The notes beneath the pieces were generated by a model. It did no database searches and was not told where the DNA came from. It saw only the letters and a program-made list of their open reading frames with translations. Below are positions 60,871 through 64,000 of a DNA stretch of 64,000 bases, piece by piece. Both the position numbers and the translations under genes were made by a program. Origin of the DNA: Mizuhopecten yessoensis (Eukaryota); assembly GCF_002113885.1 (NCBI RefSeq), contig NW_018406319.1, positions 611,769 to 675,768 of the forward strand. Direction: 5' to 3'. The stretch's first letter is position 1; each line of letters begins with the position of its first letter.

Positions 60871-63800
60871 CCACCCTTCACCGCCCATTATACATGATAG
60901 AAACCTGCAAAAATCCGTTTATCTTAAGTAAAACTGAATCTTCATTTAATAAGCTTTTAAATCTGAAAAATGTTAAAAGCTTTATCTTTATTCTTAACAG
61001 AAAGTATTGCAAGTATATGCAGGGAATGAAAATTAATATCAAATATAATTAATATAATTATGTCACTTGTGAAAAATACATGTAACTCAAAAATAGACAA
61101 ATTGTTTTTGGGTTTTTCTTTTATAATATAGAGCATATATTTCAAGAGTTTGACCGAGTTCGAACCTCAAGCGAGTCTATTGAAGCTGTTTGTCTCACCA
61201 GCAGGACATATATAAATTGTTGTCGCCCATTGAATACATAACAGATAACACAGGACTAAGAGAGTACCAATAGGATATGTTTTAACTATTTTCTATCTTA
61301 TATATTTGTAAATGAAAAACACAAATGTGTTGTTTTTTTACATTCCCATGACGAGACGATGATAGTATAGAACTACAAATATAAATATACAAGCAATGGG
61401 TATAGTGTTGTCCGTTCTATGACAGCTCACCTTTGTGAGGACGCTAAATTATCCATTTGTCCGATCAGACGGATATGTCCGACACATTTCGAAGGAATAC
61501 TTTGTGCAGACACTTATGAAGCTTCTAATCGTATGGAGATGGATGCGTGTAGATTTGCATACGGTATTTCATTTTCCAAACAAACGTAACCACTGTGATC
61601 TCTGATTGACTGAAACATATCGGGCTATAATTTCTGTTCTCTTCTATAAAAGTGCTTCATCGTGGAGGTGCATATACGTCGTTGAAATTTTAACTAAAAG
61701 AAATTTGGTATTTTTTTACATCCATGTCCGTTGCTCCACGTGGCACCAAAATAAACCCAAACTGGTGTTAAATTACGTATCTAAACTATGCAACATGTTA
61801 AGAAAACCGGGAGGCCGAAGTTCAGACATCTTGAATAACTATTCGTTCGATTTAGGTGGTATTTATAACACCTAGATATAGAAACAATTTCCAGTGTCAC
61901 CAATGTAAGCCGGGTTACAATGGTAGCTTGTCTCTGACACCATATTGATACTAGTGCATGGCGTTTTTTCACATATTTCACAGAATTATGAAAGAAAATT
62001 GCGTTTAGAATATGGCCATTACATATAGGTTCGTTTTAATAAAAACGCGAAAACAAGTGACAGTGAACACGAGAGAGTTGATAAATTAGGTAAATGTATG
62101 TACATATATAATGTGCCATATCGGTAGGCAACAGCACAGGACGGAACCAACACTGGTCAACATGTCTTCCACTACTACGGTAAAACGTTTATTCTTGTAT
62201 ACTTAAAACATCATTCATGATTATTCTTAACTTTGGATGTTAGTTATGATACACTTGTACCCATCTTTGTTTGTGTATGACAAGAAAAATACAATGCGTT
62301 TCGGACTTCGAATTGCAAACGAATTGTATAACCTGAACATATGAATGTGGTAAGTCATTCAAGAAAAGGTTAAATTCCAACATAAAAGTGAGCTGTAGAA
62401 GTCTCTGTCTCTGTGTTTGTAACGCTTGGTGTGACTGCACTGAGTTGTGCATGTCTGTAATGTTTGATAAACCTTTACAGTGATGTACATGTATATCCTG
62501 GTTGTGGACCATTTATAGAGTGCTATAAGCGTATAATGGTTGCCCATCTGACACACAGTACTGTATATGTCTATAATTAATAATAATTATACATAGTATT
62601 ATCTAATGTTTTATAGTTATATATCGTGATTTAAGTGTATATAATATTTTATAACTATTTACCTTTTGTATATTGTAATAACGTAATGTTGTACATATGT
62701 TGTTTTATATGTCTATTATGTTTCTTAAATTGTGTTTTTCGTGTCAATAACAATTTATGATCCTCTACGTGTTGTATAATATAATTACACAATGTGGTAT
62801 ATATATAGCCATGTCTATATTATTCCATATATTGTGTTTTACGTATCTGTGATAACAAAAATAAAAATATTTATGTGTTGCATACAGAACACTATAAGTT
62901 CATACCATTATCTATATGATATATCAAAGTTTTACTTTATACACAAACGATGTACGTATTGTGTATAAAGTAAAATTTTGATATAACATATTTCCAAACT
63001 GATGAATCGTATTGATTAAATTAAATCTTGTATTGTGTTTAACGTGTCTATAATATTCCATAATCAATCCTCGATGTGCTGTATGATATAATCACATAAT
63101 ACTATAAAGTTATATTTTTTTGTTTAAGTTACATAATGCCGTATATATTATACTGAATGTCAATAATACATGTATTTCATACAGTGTGTTTTACGCGTCT
63201 ATAATATTTCTTCATTTTATGAGTTATATTGATCGTTTTAAAATTTTAGAGTTTATCAGCTTAACGTTTACAAGGGCCACATATTGAAGTTAATCAAAGG
63301 CAAAACATCGGAAATTCCTGTAAAAAATTAGTCTTCACCAATGAGAAAAGTCATCAAATTTTAGAAACAAGATTAACTGTTTCGCTAAATATTATAAAAA
63401 ATTGTCATGATACATCATCTATAACTTTTGTTGTGTGGTTTAAGAGGATTATTTCAAATATGAAAAATATATTTGTTTCCTTGTTTGGTATTACACAAAA
63501 GCCCTCCTTCATCCTCGGAATACCTGTCACGTTAGCATCACCTTTTTTAGAAAGAACAACGAAAACTATGAATGGCTTGAACAACAGTGGGCAGTACTGT
63601 AGTCAAGCATGTTTGGGTTGACATATCACAAAGTAACAGAAATGATCACATGTCACAAAATAATAATGTTATGAAAGTCAGAGACAGTGAATGATTAATT
63701 CCATAAAGGCTTAACTTCTTTGGTATATTCTTGTCCCTAATTGACGCCTCTTCATCTTTGGGGTTATACTCAAGTGTACATAATAATTAACCAAGAGTCC

Positions 63801-64000
63801 CGTGACAGGGATGTCATTTTATTTTGGCGACACCATTTATAAAGTTACGGAGGAACAAATTTATAACAATGATATATGTTCAGGGCATTTTTTCTGTCGT
63901 AAGTATGACTATCTGGAGGAATTAGGTTAATACAATATGACAACGAAGCACACATTATTACCCAGGTGTTGCTTCCGTTACCTTTACCATTGGACTATTT

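Noticed and set aside
61884-61948. ttccag followed by CHQCKPGYNGSL, an EGF-like fragment
   Set aside because: A stop follows within 18 codons, the next Cys is missing and there are no partner exons; probably chance.
62914-62991. ~30-bp AT-rich inverted repeat
   Set aside because: It lies in low-complexity AT-rich degenerate repeat with no other supporting feature.
63940-64000. Possible ADAMTSL2 spacer exon end (NSPMVKVTEATPG) at the window edge
   Set aside because: An in-frame stop follows and no donor phase fits exon 16898; too little sequence to judge.

Overview
AT-rich, repeat-dense eukaryotic genomic DNA. The repeat families (pearl/CvA-type HINEs, SINEs, Penelope, Crypton) and the RING-NHL and GPCR gene types suggest a bivalve mollusc (inference). 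Most short ORFs in the supplied track are artefacts of tandem repeats or antisense frames. The genes are: (1) 12 minus-strand exons (16898 to 6386) of an ADAMTSL2 orthologue, which I joined by hand with GT-AG junctions in consistent phase (distal spacer, long linker, six TSP1 repeats, PLAC); its expected 5' exons were not found in the remaining 47 kb; (2) two divergent class A GPCRs with single coding exons on the + strand (22648-23652, 55112-56197); (3) a RING + NHL-like beta-propeller E3 ligase with no B-box (33414-34745, minus). Mobile DNA includes CR1-, Tx1/L1- and RTE-X-like LINE relics, a Penelope element with a hammerhead-like motif inserted in a (TA)n tract of a MITE, a decayed DD34D mariner, two HINEs, SINEs, and a 1.3-kb palindrome made of two head-to-head Crypton tyrosine-recombinase fragments with hairpin ends. 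The most unusual observation is a 2.35-kb minisatellite that is an amplified copy of an ADAMTSL2 exon/intron junction, so dozens of decoy 5' splice sites follow the real one. Other minus-strand arrays in the window are also built around splice-donor motifs.
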